A stretch of DNA of 33,850 bases from a virus (taxonomy: Duplodnaviria > Caudoviricetes), in IMG/VR virus record IMGVR_UViG_3300049780_000015, positions 1 through 33,850 of that record. The stretch is one strand, 5' to 3'. How positions within the stretch are numbered: the first letter of the stretch is position 1; the number at the start of each line of letters is the position of its first letter. The translations under genes and the position numbers were made by a program. Below are positions 24,379 through 33,747 of this stretch, piece after piece. The notes beneath the pieces were generated by a model, which saw only the letters and a program-made list of their open reading frames with translations, was not told the DNA's origin and did no database searches.

Positions 24379-26295
24379 ATGTCAGGTGGTTACGGACCTC
24401 CACTGCTGGATTTCAGCCCGATTGGCGATCTGGCGGGCACGTTCTTCAGGGCTCGCAAGCAGGCCCGTGAGGACAAATTCGAAGAGGAAGCTCCAGCCCT
24501 GTTTGAAAGGGCCTATGAGGCGGCCTATGGGCAAGGCTCAGCGCCTGCGGCTCCTGCTGCTCCATCCGATCCCTCGACGCCGTTGTCATCTTTTGCGAAG
24601 CCGAGGGCAGGCGAGACCCCGACTTTCGCCAGCATCGAGGGCACGTCCCCGACCGGAGGCGTTGGGAAAGTTAAAGCCCCGTACGAAATCGCTGCCACTC
24701 AGCTCGGCAAGCGTGAAGCACCGGACCGCGCAGCGCTCCAGGACTATCTGAAGACTGGCGGCGTGAACCTCGATCCGGCGACGCTCGCCTGGTGCGCCGC
24801 CTTTGTGAACTCCTCCCTGGGGCAGGCCGGCATCAAGGGCACTGGGTCAAACCTGGCCCGATCGTTCCTGAACTACGGTGAGGCCGTCGACCAGCCGCAG
24901 AAGGGCGACATTGCCGTGTTTTCCCGCGGCGATCCGATGGGCCCCTATGGCCATGTTGGCTTCTTCGAAGGCTATGACCCTGACGGCCGCATTCGTGTCC
25001 TCGGTGGCAACCAGAGCGATTCCGTTAGCATCGCGGCCCAGGACCCGTCCCGGCTGCTGGGCTTCCGGCGCATCCCGTCGTCAGGCGGTGCCAAGCTCGG
25101 ATCCGACCCTGTTCTGGAAGTGTCCCAGGCGGCGGGGAATCCGGCTGATTTTCCCGCCCAAGGGGCTCGGAACACACAAGGCTTCGTCGTTCCTGGCCAG
25201 ACTGGGGGCGCTCCTGCCATCGACAAGCAGTTGATGAAGCAACTTTACGCAAACCCGAACACGCGGGCTTTTGCGATTAGCCTTCTCAATGAGCGCTTCA
25301 AGGGCCGCGATGTGAAGACCGTCGATCTCGGCAACGCGATCGGCATCATGGACAATCAGGGCAATATCCTCCGCCAGATCCCTAAGCAGAAGGATCAGAC
25401 CCCGCAACTCGTCGGAACAGACGAGACTGGTCGCGCATGGGTGAGGCCAGGTGAGGATCTCCCCGAAAACATTTCCAAGCCGCGTCAGCCCAAGGACCGC
25501 TACGAGCTGGTTAAGGGCAAGAACGGGACGCCCATCGGCATCTACGACAAGGTTGAAGGCCGCCAGCTTTCCTCAGAAGAGGCACAGCAGCGCGGCATTC
25601 AACCGGGAGCGCCGGCGCAGGAGAGCGCCCCCGATTTCAAGGATATCTCTGGCATCCGCAAGGAAATCCAGGATCTCCCGGCTTATAAGTCGTATGCCTC
25701 TGCCATCCCGGCCTACACCTCAATGCTTGACGCGGCGAAGAGGAACACCAAGACGGCCGACCTCAATATGGTCTATGCCCTCGCTAAGATCATGGACCCG
25801 ACCTCCGTTGTTCGTGAGGGCGAAATCCAGATGGCGAATGATACGCAGGGCTTCGCGGACAGGCTGAACGGCTTTATTCAGTCGATCCAAGGTGAGGGCC
25901 GGTTGGCACCGGAAACACGCGCGGGCCTTGTCCAGGAAGCCGAGAGCCGCATGAACGGCTTTAAGCAGTCGTTTGACGCGGACATTGGGCAATATTGCGG
26001 GTTTGCGCAGCGGTGGAAGATCAACGAGGCCGACATCATCCCGAACCTGCCAGGGATGCCGCAATACGACCCGAGAGAGTTCAACACGATCTCCAAGACG
26101 GAAGGGGCGGGAAGCGGCCAGGGAGCGCGGTCCATTCCTGAAGGCTACAGCGCGGGCCGTGTCCTCTCTGATGCTAAGGACGCCTATAAGAAGGCCGCTC
26201 AACAGCCTGACCCTGTGGTCCGCAAGTACCAGCAAGACGCCATCCGAAACCGCCTGAAATCCTACAAAATCGACCCTTCGAGGCTTGACGAATAA
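24379..26295 (+). CDS. DNA ejection protein with a TIGR02594/CHAP-type peptidoglycan hydrolase domain
   Basis: AWCAAFVN, ARSFLNYG, GDIAVFSRG, GHVGFF, VLGGNQ; C-terminal KIMDPTSVVREGE. Confidence 0.82.
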   Translation: MSGGYGPPLLDFSPIGDLAGTFFRARKQAREDKFEEEAPALFERAYEAAYGQGSAPAAPAAPSDPSTPLSSFAKPRAGETPTFASIEGTSPTGGVGKVKAPYEIAATQLGKREAPDRAALQDYLKTGGVNLDPATLAWCAAFVNSSLGQAGIKGTGSNLARSFLNYGEAVDQPQKGDIAVFSRGDPMGPYGHVGFFEGYDPDGRIRVLGGNQSDSVSIAAQDPSRLLGFRRIPSSGGAKLGSDPVLEVSQAAGNPADFPAQGARNTQGFVVPGQTGGAPAIDKQLMKQLYANPNTRAFAISLLNERFKGRDVKTVDLGNAIGIMDNQGNILRQIPKQKDQTPQLVGTDETGRAWVRPGEDLPENISKPRQPKDRYELVKGKNGTPIGIYDKVEGRQLSSEEAQQRGIQPGAPAQESAPDFKDISGIRKEIQDLPAYKSYASAIPAYTSMLDAAKRNTKTADLNMVYALAKIMDPTSVVREGEIQMANDTQGFADRLNGFIQSIQGEGRLAPETRAGLVQEAESRMNGFKQSFDADIGQYCGFAQRWKINEADIIPNLPGMPQYDPREFNTISKTEGAGSGQGARSIPEGYSAGRVLSDAKDAYKKAAQQPDPVVRKYQQDAIRNRLKSYKIDPSRLDE

Positions 26296-28349
26296 TGGCT
26301 GGACTCTTTGACGACATCCTAAGCTCTGTCGCTCCGGCGCCTCCGGTCGATACGAATGAGAAATGGCTCGAGGGCGAAGCGCTCGACGCCTACCGGGCTG
26401 CGAAGGGAATCCCGGGTCCTGTCCATAGTGGCGTTCTCGCCGCTTCTGGCGGCTTGATCGAGGGTATCCCGGTCCTCGGCACCGTCATTCGTGACGGGGT
26501 TAACCGTGCTGTGGCGGGCGCTGGCTCTCTGGTGAACGGGCAATCGTACGAAGACAACCTAGCTGTTCTTGAGCGGGCCGCCGCTCGTGCCAAGAGTGAG
26601 CATCCGATCCTCGATAAAGGCTCTCAGGTTGTGAGTGGCGTTGTGGCAACCGCTCCCATGGTTGCAGCGGCGCCGGCTCTCTTCGGGGCCAACAACGCAC
26701 CTCTGCTAACCCGATCCCTGATGTCGGCCGGATCCGGCGCTGTCCTGAGTGGTGCAGACGCCGCGGTTCGAAGCGGTGGCGACGTGAAGGCCACCGCTAC
26801 AGGTGCGGCCTTTGGCGGCGCTCTCGGTGCGGCATCTCCGACGTTGGGGCAGCTCGCTGGGAGAGGGATGGAGTTGCTCGTGGAGCGTCTGAACCAAGCC
26901 CGCGCCCCGGTTCCTGGTGTTGGGAATGCAGCAGCAAGAATGCTGACGGAGGACTTCCGGGCGGCAGGCGGGCGTCCTGCCATTGATGCGCGGCTCAACG
27001 AACTTGGCCCGGATGCCATGCTTCTGGATGCGTCTCCCTCCTTTCTGGGGCGTGCCCAAGGTCTAGCGGTCCGCCCCGAGACGCGGGAAATGATCGTCGA
27101 TCCGGTGACAGCCCGTAATGCGGGAACGAATGCGAGGCTTGCAACGGACGTGGATGCGGCATTCGGGCCGGCTCCTGTGCCGTCCCAGATCCGGGCGGGC
27201 ATCGAAGCAGGACAGGAAGGGCTTCGCCCCGAATATAGGCGGGTTCTCGCGGGTGCAGGTCCCGTAGACACCAAGGCGCTCGCTCGAACCTTGGATGACA
27301 CGGCCATTGTTGAGCGAGGCGGCGGGCAGGCGGCGGCCCGCGATGTTCGGCGGATGCTCAATGAAGTGCCTGACCCGAATGCGCCTCCTCCGCCTGCGGG
27401 AACCCCGCGCCCTCCTGTCGGGCTCGATGACAACGCGGCAACTCTGCTCAACACCCGGGAGGCGATTGACGGGCTGTTCAGGACAGAGACAGACCCCAAT
27501 ACACTCCGCATTCTGACCGATGCGCGCCGAGCCGTTGATGCGGAACTTGCTGCCAATGTTCCCGGCATCAAGATTGTCGACGGGCAACATCAGGAACTTG
27601 CCCGCCAGGCCGGTGGCTTGCAGCGCGGCTCACAGGTTCTCGATGGCGGCAAGACGGCTATTCGCCCGCAGGAGATGGCGCAGGAGATCGCAGAGGGCGC
27701 ACAGCCGGCCGGAACGCTGGTCGGCCCTTCGGCAACTCCGATGCGGATGCGGCAGGGCGCTCGGGCCGAGATTGATCGTCTGGTTGGCACTCAGGCCAAT
27801 GACCTTCTGGCGCTTCGCCAGGCCGTAAAGGGTGAGGGCGACTGGAATCGGGCGAAACTGGCCCAACTGTTTGGAGAAGAGGAAGCAAACCGAGTCTTCA
27901 ACGCACTCGACCGTGAGGCCGCATTCCGCAGCGCCTACAACAGGCTTGTAGAGGGTTCGCAGACTTCTATGCGCGAAGCCTCTGCGCGGGGTGTCGCTGT
28001 GCATGGCGAAACTCCGGGCGGCTCTGGTGGCTCGGGCATCGCTCTTGCTGGAGCGGCGGGCGGGCCTGGAGGTATGGCTCTTGCTACGGTGGCTAAGGGA
28101 GCGAAAGCGGCCAAGGGTGCGGTTGATCGCGAGGCTGATCTGGTCCGTAACCGTGAGGTGGCCCGCATCCTCGGGCTTCCGCCAGGCGCCGAGCGCAGCA
28201 TCGTTCTCACTGCTCTGGCTCGTCGTGCGGCTCTCGCAGGCTCTGGTGAACGGGCGGGCGAAATCTCGGGCGACGTGGTTCGGGCTCTGATGCAATCGCA
28301 GGGCAATCGGACGTCAGAGGAAACTCAACGCTTCCTCAAAAGGCGCTGA
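26295..28349 (+). CDS. Large Ala/Gly-rich DNA ejection protein (gp16 position)
   Basis: 684 aa with GAAFGGALG hydrophobic segments; third of three ejection genes. Confidence 0.75.
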   Translation: MAGLFDDILSSVAPAPPVDTNEKWLEGEALDAYRAAKGIPGPVHSGVLAASGGLIEGIPVLGTVIRDGVNRAVAGAGSLVNGQSYEDNLAVLERAAARAKSEHPILDKGSQVVSGVVATAPMVAAAPALFGANNAPLLTRSLMSAGSGAVLSGADAAVRSGGDVKATATGAAFGGALGAASPTLGQLAGRGMELLVERLNQARAPVPGVGNAAARMLTEDFRAAGGRPAIDARLNELGPDAMLLDASPSFLGRAQGLAVRPETREMIVDPVTARNAGTNARLATDVDAAFGPAPVPSQIRAGIEAGQEGLRPEYRRVLAGAGPVDTKALARTLDDTAIVERGGGQAAARDVRRMLNEVPDPNAPPPPAGTPRPPVGLDDNAATLLNTREAIDGLFRTETDPNTLRILTDARRAVDAELAANVPGIKIVDGQHQELARQAGGLQRGSQVLDGGKTAIRPQEMAQEIAEGAQPAGTLVGPSATPMRMRQGARAEIDRLVGTQANDLLALRQAVKGEGDWNRAKLAQLFGEEEANRVFNALDREAAFRSAYNRLVEGSQTSMREASARGVAVHGETPGGSGGSGIALAGAAGGPGGMALATVAKGAKAAKGAVDREADLVRNREVARILGLPPGAERSIVLTALARRAALAGSGERAGEISGDVVRALMQSQGNRTSEETQRFLKRR

Positions 28350-28582
28350 TCCCTTCTGTGGGATAAATAAGCCAGAAAATACAGGGTGGCGGGAATGCAT
28401 GCGATTCCCGCTATCCGCGCCCAATAGGGCCAGTCTGCCGTTGCCTCGGCATATCGAACGCCAAACCAATCACTCAGCGGCCCTATCGCCCAATGCGCGG
28501 CCGCCCACATCCCAAGCCCATACAAGGCAAGGCAGCTGATCAAATAGGTGGCTGTGAGGGTGCGGGAATAATTCGGGTTCAT
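28325..28582 (-). CDS. Small 2-TM membrane protein in the sieA position
   Basis: YLISCLALYGLGMWAAAHWAI and IAGIACIPATLYFLAYL; antisense, directly after the last ejection gene; start 28582 or 28609. Confidence 0.65.
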   Translation of the reverse strand: MNPNYSRTLTATYLISCLALYGLGMWAAAHWAIGPLSDWFGVRYAEATADWPYWARIAGIACIPATLYFLAYLSHRRDQRLLRKR

Positions 28583-28618
28583 CCCATCAAAATGGCTGGT
28601 CTCCGCCAAGCCTTCAAC

Positions 28619-28649
28619 AGCCGCTCCTCACCGGGCGGCTTCTTCTTTT
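28619..28649 (+). terminator. Intrinsic terminator
   Basis: AGCCGCTC-CTCACC-GGGCGGCT then TCTTCTTTT. Confidence 0.7.
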
Positions 28650-28658
28650 GGAGCCATT

Positions 28659-28988
28659 ATGGCCAACGCGCCCTATGAAGTGAACGTCACAGGTACGGAC
28701 GATGAGACGTTCGTGTGGGCGCTCCCGTTTGAGAACGACGACGGCACCGCCTTTCCCTTTGCTGACTACGAGATTGAGTACGTCCTCACTCGGAACAATC
28801 AAAGGGTGCTCCTGCTGACGCAGAGCGCCGGCATCACCATCGATGACCCCGAAGTGACGTTCAGGGGCCCGAGCGGACCACTGGCGAAGGGGACCTATGA
28901 GCACGGCTGCCGGGTCAGGCACCTAGCAACAGGCGATATCTTCCAGGTCTTTGACGGCACGGTTCGCGTTGATGAGGGGCACTTCTGA
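28659..28988 (+). CDS. Small beta-sandwich tailspike anchor/adaptor
   Basis: RBS GGAG; LAKGTYEHGCRV...VFDGTVRVDEG pattern of BppU-N-like adaptors; coupled to the tailspike gene. Confidence 0.65.
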   Translation: MANAPYEVNVTGTDDETFVWALPFENDDGTAFPFADYEIEYVLTRNNQRVLLLTQSAGITIDDPEVTFRGPSGPLAKGTYEHGCRVRHLATGDIFQVFDGTVRVDEGHF

Positions 28989-30883
28989 TGAAGGTTCAGA
29001 TCAAGCGGGCCGGACCCGCGGTCAGCGTTCGCTCACGTGGTGCGTCCAGCGCTCGCCTGAAATTTACCCCCGGCGTTCCAGGTCCGGCCACGGAATGGCG
29101 CATTAACGAAGCTACCAATCGCTTCGAATACCGGCCTCAGCGCAGCGATGGGGCTTGGACGGTTGCAACCGGCAGCGACTTTGCGGGGCTGATCGGTGGC
29201 CTGACCCCGGAACAGCTCACCTATTCCGATGAAGCGACATATACCCCGAACAGCGTGGGTGGAGTTCTGCGGGAGTTCAAAAACCTCACGCCGGAACAAC
29301 TCACCTACTCTGATGAGGCGACATACTCTGCCAACAGTGTCGGCGGAATGCTGCGGGAGTTCAAAACTCGCTCCAAAGATGTCGTCAATGTACGAGACCC
29401 GCAGTTCGGAGCCAAGGGCGATGGCATAGCGGACGATACGGCTGCGATTAATGCCGCTATCGAGTATATACGCACCCGCCCTCTTATTGCGGGACGCCGA
29501 ACCTATCATCTTGTTTTCCCCAATGGTGCCTATCGCGTCACGGGATCAATCAACCTGACGCGGCTTACTACGCTTGATTGCGTGGTTGACGGTTGCGGAT
29601 CTGTTATTCTGGGCGAGTGCTCTGGGAAACCGGTTGTTGACGCCTTCGGCTCGCGATGGCTGCGGGTTCGCGATCTCCGTATCGTTGGAGACGCGACGAA
29701 TACGCCTAGCTTCGGCTGGCAGATGGCTAAGACCAGCGCAGATGAGGCGGCTGATAATAACCACTTTGATAACGTATACTTTACTGGGCGTTATAGCTTC
29801 GCGGCAGTCTATAACTTCTGCTGTGAAACGACGCTGTTCGGGCGGCTGTATGTCGATAACAGCGCGGTGCCCGACTTGCCGAGCGTCAAGCCTGCTTATG
29901 GCGTGGTGCAAGACGGCCTCAATATGTTCGGCGTTACGTCTGAATTTGCCCCTCAAACCTCCCCAGCTAACACAAACGGCAGCTTTAACGAGAACCTTTA
30001 TCTGAATGCTGACATCCGCTGCACCGGGGGTGGAACACCGATTTTCATGGCCGACACTCGGCGTCATCGGTTCATCTCGTCCTATGCGGCATCGACCTCG
30101 GGGCCCATCGGCATGGTCTTATGGGCAGGGCCACAGGGGCACAGAGGGCTCGACCTAGACTTGCATTTCGAGCGAGAGGATGGGCTTGTAAGCTGCATCC
30201 AGTTCGCTGGCGCGGACGTTCAAACGGTGTACGGTTTCAAGTGGCGCGATCAAGAGCCGGGCTGCACTGGGCCTTTGTTCGCCACTCGTGACAATGTGCA
30301 GTTCGTGACGCTGGCTGACGCGCAACTAGAGTGGCCGACCCTTGGCTATATGGTGCCGACGGTCTTTGACAGCCCTGCAAAGTTCTTGGTGAGCGGCTCT
30401 GTCTATCTTCCGCAATCGATGGCGGCCAAGTGGAACCGCCCGCGCGCATTTAGTGGGCACTTGCGGTTCGGCCAGGGCATCATCCCGGTTAACATGGGCA
30501 TGTATCGTTACCTTCAGGGCAACGATCAGCCGCAACAGTTGACACGTGACGGCCAGCCTCCCGGCACCAACAACAATCTTGACCCTCTAGTCGACAATAC
30601 AGCCCGTGCCTATAGGGGGCACATTATCGGGCGGAACACGGGCACGGGCGATACCGCGACGTGGAGCTTTGAAGCCACCATCAAGCGCGGGGTTGGGGCG
30701 GCGGCCACGCAGCTAGTCGGCACCCCTACAGTAACAAAGTTGGCTGGAGATACGGCGACATCCCCTTGGATAGCGTCTATCACGGCGGACACGACAAACG
30801 GTGCGCTTGGTATTGTAGTCCAGGGGCCAGGTGTGCCGATCCGGTGGATGGTCAGCACTGAATACACAGAGGTGGCGGCCTAA
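28988..30883 (+). CDS. Tailspike / receptor-binding protein with a pectate-lyase-like beta-helix
   Basis: VVNVRDPQFGAKGDGIADDTAAINAAI...VFPNGAYRVT beta-helix cap; C-terminal beta-sandwich. Confidence 0.88.
   Translation: MKVQIKRAGPAVSVRSRGASSARLKFTPGVPGPATEWRINEATNRFEYRPQRSDGAWTVATGSDFAGLIGGLTPEQLTYSDEATYTPNSVGGVLREFKNLTPEQLTYSDEATYSANSVGGMLREFKTRSKDVVNVRDPQFGAKGDGIADDTAAINAAIEYIRTRPLIAGRRTYHLVFPNGAYRVTGSINLTRLTTLDCVVDGCGSVILGECSGKPVVDAFGSRWLRVRDLRIVGDATNTPSFGWQMAKTSADEAADNNHFDNVYFTGRYSFAAVYNFCCETTLFGRLYVDNSAVPDLPSVKPAYGVVQDGLNMFGVTSEFAPQTSPANTNGSFNENLYLNADIRCTGGGTPIFMADTRRHRFISSYAASTSGPIGMVLWAGPQGHRGLDLDLHFEREDGLVSCIQFAGADVQTVYGFKWRDQEPGCTGPLFATRDNVQFVTLADAQLEWPTLGYMVPTVFDSPAKFLVSGSVYLPQSMAAKWNRPRAFSGHLRFGQGIIPVNMGMYRYLQGNDQPQQLTRDGQPPGTNNNLDPLVDNTARAYRGHIIGRNTGTGDTATWSFEATIKRGVGAAATQLVGTPTVTKLAGDTATSPWIASITADTTNGALGIVVQGPGVPIRWMVSTEYTEVAA
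29201..29368 (+). repeat. Tandem 84-bp (28-codon) duplication within the tailspike
   Basis: 29201-29284 vs 29285-29368; 66/84 nt and 24/28 aa identical by manual count. Confidence 0.95.
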
Positions 30884-30972
30884 TCTCGTATTATTCTTTC
30901 AGCCACTCGGCGAATTGTAGGAAGTAGCGGCCCGAGGGAAACAGGCAGCCGTTGATTTCGACTTTTGACACC

Positions 30973-31803
30973 TCAAACTCGTCCCCCCCAGTGAGCCTCC
31001 CAGTTCCCAACTAGGATAGCTCCGTTAGGCGCCTCTAAGTATTCATCTAGATAACGGTCGGTAGTATTAGGATGGCGGTATCTGATGCGGGTGGGCCGAG
31101 TGGCTTGCCATACTCTGCGCTTAGCAACTTCTATTGCTTCCGTCTCGGTTGGACGATCCTTCGCTAGTGTCGTTACCTTTTCGAGGATCTCGATCCAAAT
31201 TCTATCGGAAAACGCGTGGGCGTTGTCGTATGGCGCGAACTGGTCGATGTACCCCTTGTACATCCCGACCTGAACCTCCTCTACATGCCCTGCGGGTTTT
31301 CCGTCGTTGGCGAGTGAAACGGTCAGCAGCCGATTGTTGGGATTGTAGGCACGAAGTAAATCTAGAAGCTTGCGGCTTTCTTTGTCTGTCGTTCCGCTGT
31401 TCCGCTTGTAGACAAAAATGCGTTTGGCTGAGCGGAGTGCTTCAAGTGTATTCCTCTTTAGGTGCGCGATCTTGCTCGTTTCATTCGCGTGCAACTGCCT
31501 GCGCTCAGCCTCTGGCTTCAAGAACATCCATTCTTGATCGTGCGCTTCTGATCGGAGGACACTGTGAAACGCGATCCCGTTCGGGCTATCGTTGACCATG
31601 TCGCCGCCAGCTCGAGGAGTTAAGTTTTCGAACTCAAAGATCCCTTCGAACTCGCGCTCGAGCAGAGCAATTACAGCCTCATTTGAGAACGAGTAGGACC
31701 AGCGGAAAAGATTGCTGTACTCGAAGCCGTAGGCGCGCTGCAGCAACCCAAATTCGCAGTTGTCTCCTATGCTCTCGAATTTAGAGACTATGTCGATGCT
31801 CAT
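30973..31803 (-). CDS. Putative papain-like Cys hydrolase (DUF1796-like)
   Basis: FESIGDNCEFGLLQR..LFRW with candidate catalytic Cys, IAFH His, RIFVYK. Confidence 0.7.
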   Translation of the reverse strand: MSIDIVSKFESIGDNCEFGLLQRAYGFEYSNLFRWSYSFSNEAVIALLEREFEGIFEFENLTPRAGGDMVNDSPNGIAFHSVLRSEAHDQEWMFLKPEAERRQLHANETSKIAHLKRNTLEALRSAKRIFVYKRNSGTTDKESRKLLDLLRAYNPNNRLLTVSLANDGKPAGHVEEVQVGMYKGYIDQFAPYDNAHAFSDRIWIEILEKVTTLAKDRPTETEAIEVAKRRVWQATRPTRIRYRHPNTTDRYLDEYLEAPNGAILVGNWEAHWGGRV

Positions 31804-31876
31804 TGCTAACTCTTGGATTTTCGTAGGGGCTGAATGGGTCTTATATGAACTTCTAGACCGTTCCGATTCGCGTCAT

Positions 31877-32611
31877 TCAAGACGCTTTGGTGTTGCCTAT
31901 TGCTGTCGTGACACTGGAAAGGCATGCCTCAAATTCTTCAGGCGCCCCCACTCGCGACAGCAAAGCCTCAAGGTGGCCGAGGTCGCGAAGCTTTTTAGCG
32001 GAATTGTGATCGCAGTCGGGAAGAACTACTCTTCGCGTGCTAGGGATCGATCTCAACTGCTCCATATGTGCCCGGTCAACCGCATCATCGCCAACGAAGA
32101 GATTTAGACTTGTGGTGAGGGGGCGTATCCAGCGGAAAGCATCTGCAAGATCATGGAATGTGGGAGGGTAGATCTCACGCAACTCCATTATCTTAGGTCC
32201 CCACCGCGTGTCGTTATGCCGAACTCGGTTCGGTCTATCGATGAAGGTTTGCGGTGCAGTCGCTATAGCGGCATCAAAGCCACAGAGCGCAGCAAACAGA
32301 ATAGCAGCATAGCCACCCATCGAGTGTCCAAGGGTTACAATATGCTGATATCGCGACCGAAATTTCGACAGCCGTTCGGTAAGTTCCGGAATGCTTGCTG
32401 CAAAACCATCTGCACCGCCGTGGTACCAGTGCTGCTTGCTATCCTTCAGCAGCAAGCATGAAAGGTTATGTCGCTTGAGAGCTCCGAGAAATTCAAGTCT
32501 TGGAACAGCTAAAGCAGTGTCGCCGGCGTTACCCTCGGTGCCATAGGAGCTGAAAACAATAACGAGACCACTTGTGCCAGTCTCTTGTAATAGGAAATCA
32601 TCTTGGTTCAT
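31877..32611 (-). CDS. Alpha/beta-hydrolase-fold protein
   Basis: LVIVFSS, WYHGG, nucleophile GHSMGG, APQT, candidate Asp (DDAVD) and His (CDHN). Confidence 0.85.
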   Translation of the reverse strand: MNQDDFLLQETGTSGLVIVFSSYGTEGNAGDTALAVPRLEFLGALKRHNLSCLLLKDSKQHWYHGGADGFAASIPELTERLSKFRSRYQHIVTLGHSMGGYAAILFAALCGFDAAIATAPQTFIDRPNRVRHNDTRWGPKIMELREIYPPTFHDLADAFRWIRPLTTSLNLFVGDDAVDRAHMEQLRSIPSTRRVVLPDCDHNSAKKLRDLGHLEALLSRVGAPEEFEACLSSVTTAIGNTKAS

Positions 32612-32740
32612 GGGCGGGCGTATATCTGCTCTATAGTTAGCTGTAGTTCTCTATAATCAAACCTAACTTCCCAGTCCAAGACTAAAGGCTCAGCCTGGTG
32701 CTTTGATAAAGAGAGGGTTACAAAGTGGATGACGAACCGA

Positions 32741-33628
32741 TTACCATTCGTCACATTCTCTGAGGAGGCTATGAGCTTCTCGGAAACTACCTTCCTTCGC
32801 GATAAACATAGCTTTCCTCATCCTGAAGTACTTGCTGTCGGGCCCAGAGATTTGGGAGTCACAAACCCTGAGAGCAAGGCGATAATGACCCTTTTCAAGG
32901 GTATGGACGAAGAGGTTGCGTGCAAATCGTAAGGCCCTTCGGCGTGCGCGGTACAATTGCCAAAATCCGGTTTCGGTTAGATCCCCGCGAATGATGCCCC
33001 CCATTACCTCTTTGAGGATGCCCATTTTCTGGAAGCATGTCGCAATAGCGTGCTCTAGGTACCAGCACCGGAACTGGACGGTGTTGGGACCTGCAATGCG
33101 AACCGCGTGAAGTCGGTCCAATTCACAATAGGGATCGTAGAATAAGTAAACCGTGTTGGCGGACTTCGCTTCCTCTGCGCCATCCTTAAATCGACCAGAC
33201 CACGGCGCAACAGGGTACCTTTTCTCCCACGGTGCCAAGCCGATATCGAGAGTACTTTGCGGGTTAATTGCAATGACGGTCGCCCCAGGGCAGAGGGACG
33301 AGAAGGCAAGGGCTCCGTAGCCACCCTTTGAACCGCCTGCAAAAACCACCTTGTCGAAGTTAGCAAAAAAGCCGCTCACCTCCAGATCGACGAGGACGTC
33401 GTGAAGCGCCTCCTCGCGGAACCAAACGTGCTTCTTTGAGACGACACCAAGAATCGACCAACCGTTCTGAACTGCGAACTTGAATGCCCAGGGCTCCGGC
33501 TGGCCCGCTTCGTCATAGGTCGCGTCGAGGTGATCAAAGGTGACCAAGAGCGTCTTATCACCAGGCTCATATCGGACGGCGTGGAGCGCGGTCTCTTTCA
33601 ACCACGGAGTGTTCGGGCGCGACAGCAT
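32741..33628 (-). CDS. Alpha/beta-hydrolase-fold protein
   Basis: LLVTFD, nucleophile GGSKGG, INPQST, YDPYCELD, LEH; helical C-terminus. Confidence 0.85.
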   Translation of the reverse strand: MLSRPNTPWLKETALHAVRYEPGDKTLLVTFDHLDATYDEAGQPEPWAFKFAVQNGWSILGVVSKKHVWFREEALHDVLVDLEVSGFFANFDKVVFAGGSKGGYGALAFSSLCPGATVIAINPQSTLDIGLAPWEKRYPVAPWSGRFKDGAEEAKSANTVYLFYDPYCELDRLHAVRIAGPNTVQFRCWYLEHAIATCFQKMGILKEVMGGIIRGDLTETGFWQLYRARRRALRFARNLFVHTLEKGHYRLALRVCDSQISGPDSKYFRMRKAMFIAKEGSFREAHSLLRECDEW

Positions 33629-33654
33629 GTTCGACCTGCAAAGTGAATGGTGTC

Positions 33655-33683
33655 GAATGCAACATTGGCGCCCTCGCTGTCAA
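33655..33683 (-). promoter_or_regulatory. Putative sigma70 promoter of the antisense hydrolase cassette
   Basis: Minus-strand TTGACA (33683-33678) with an imperfect -10 (TGCATT/GCATTC), about 50 nt before ATG 33628. Confidence 0.4.
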
Positions 33684-33747
33684 CGTCGCCCCATAGCGGT
33701 ACTTTGTTCCTAGGCTCGCTTTGGCGGGCGTTCTCTTTGGAAATTCA

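Noticed and set aside
29201-29368. Tailspike repeat as a DGR template/variable repeat pair
   Set aside because: Differences are not adenine-specific, the copies are adjacent and in frame, and there is no reverse transcriptase in the window.
31847-31863. GAAC...GTTC near the hydrolase cassette as a third SOS box
   Set aside because: Inverted orientation with a 9-nt spacer does not fit the alphaproteobacterial direct-repeat N7 box.
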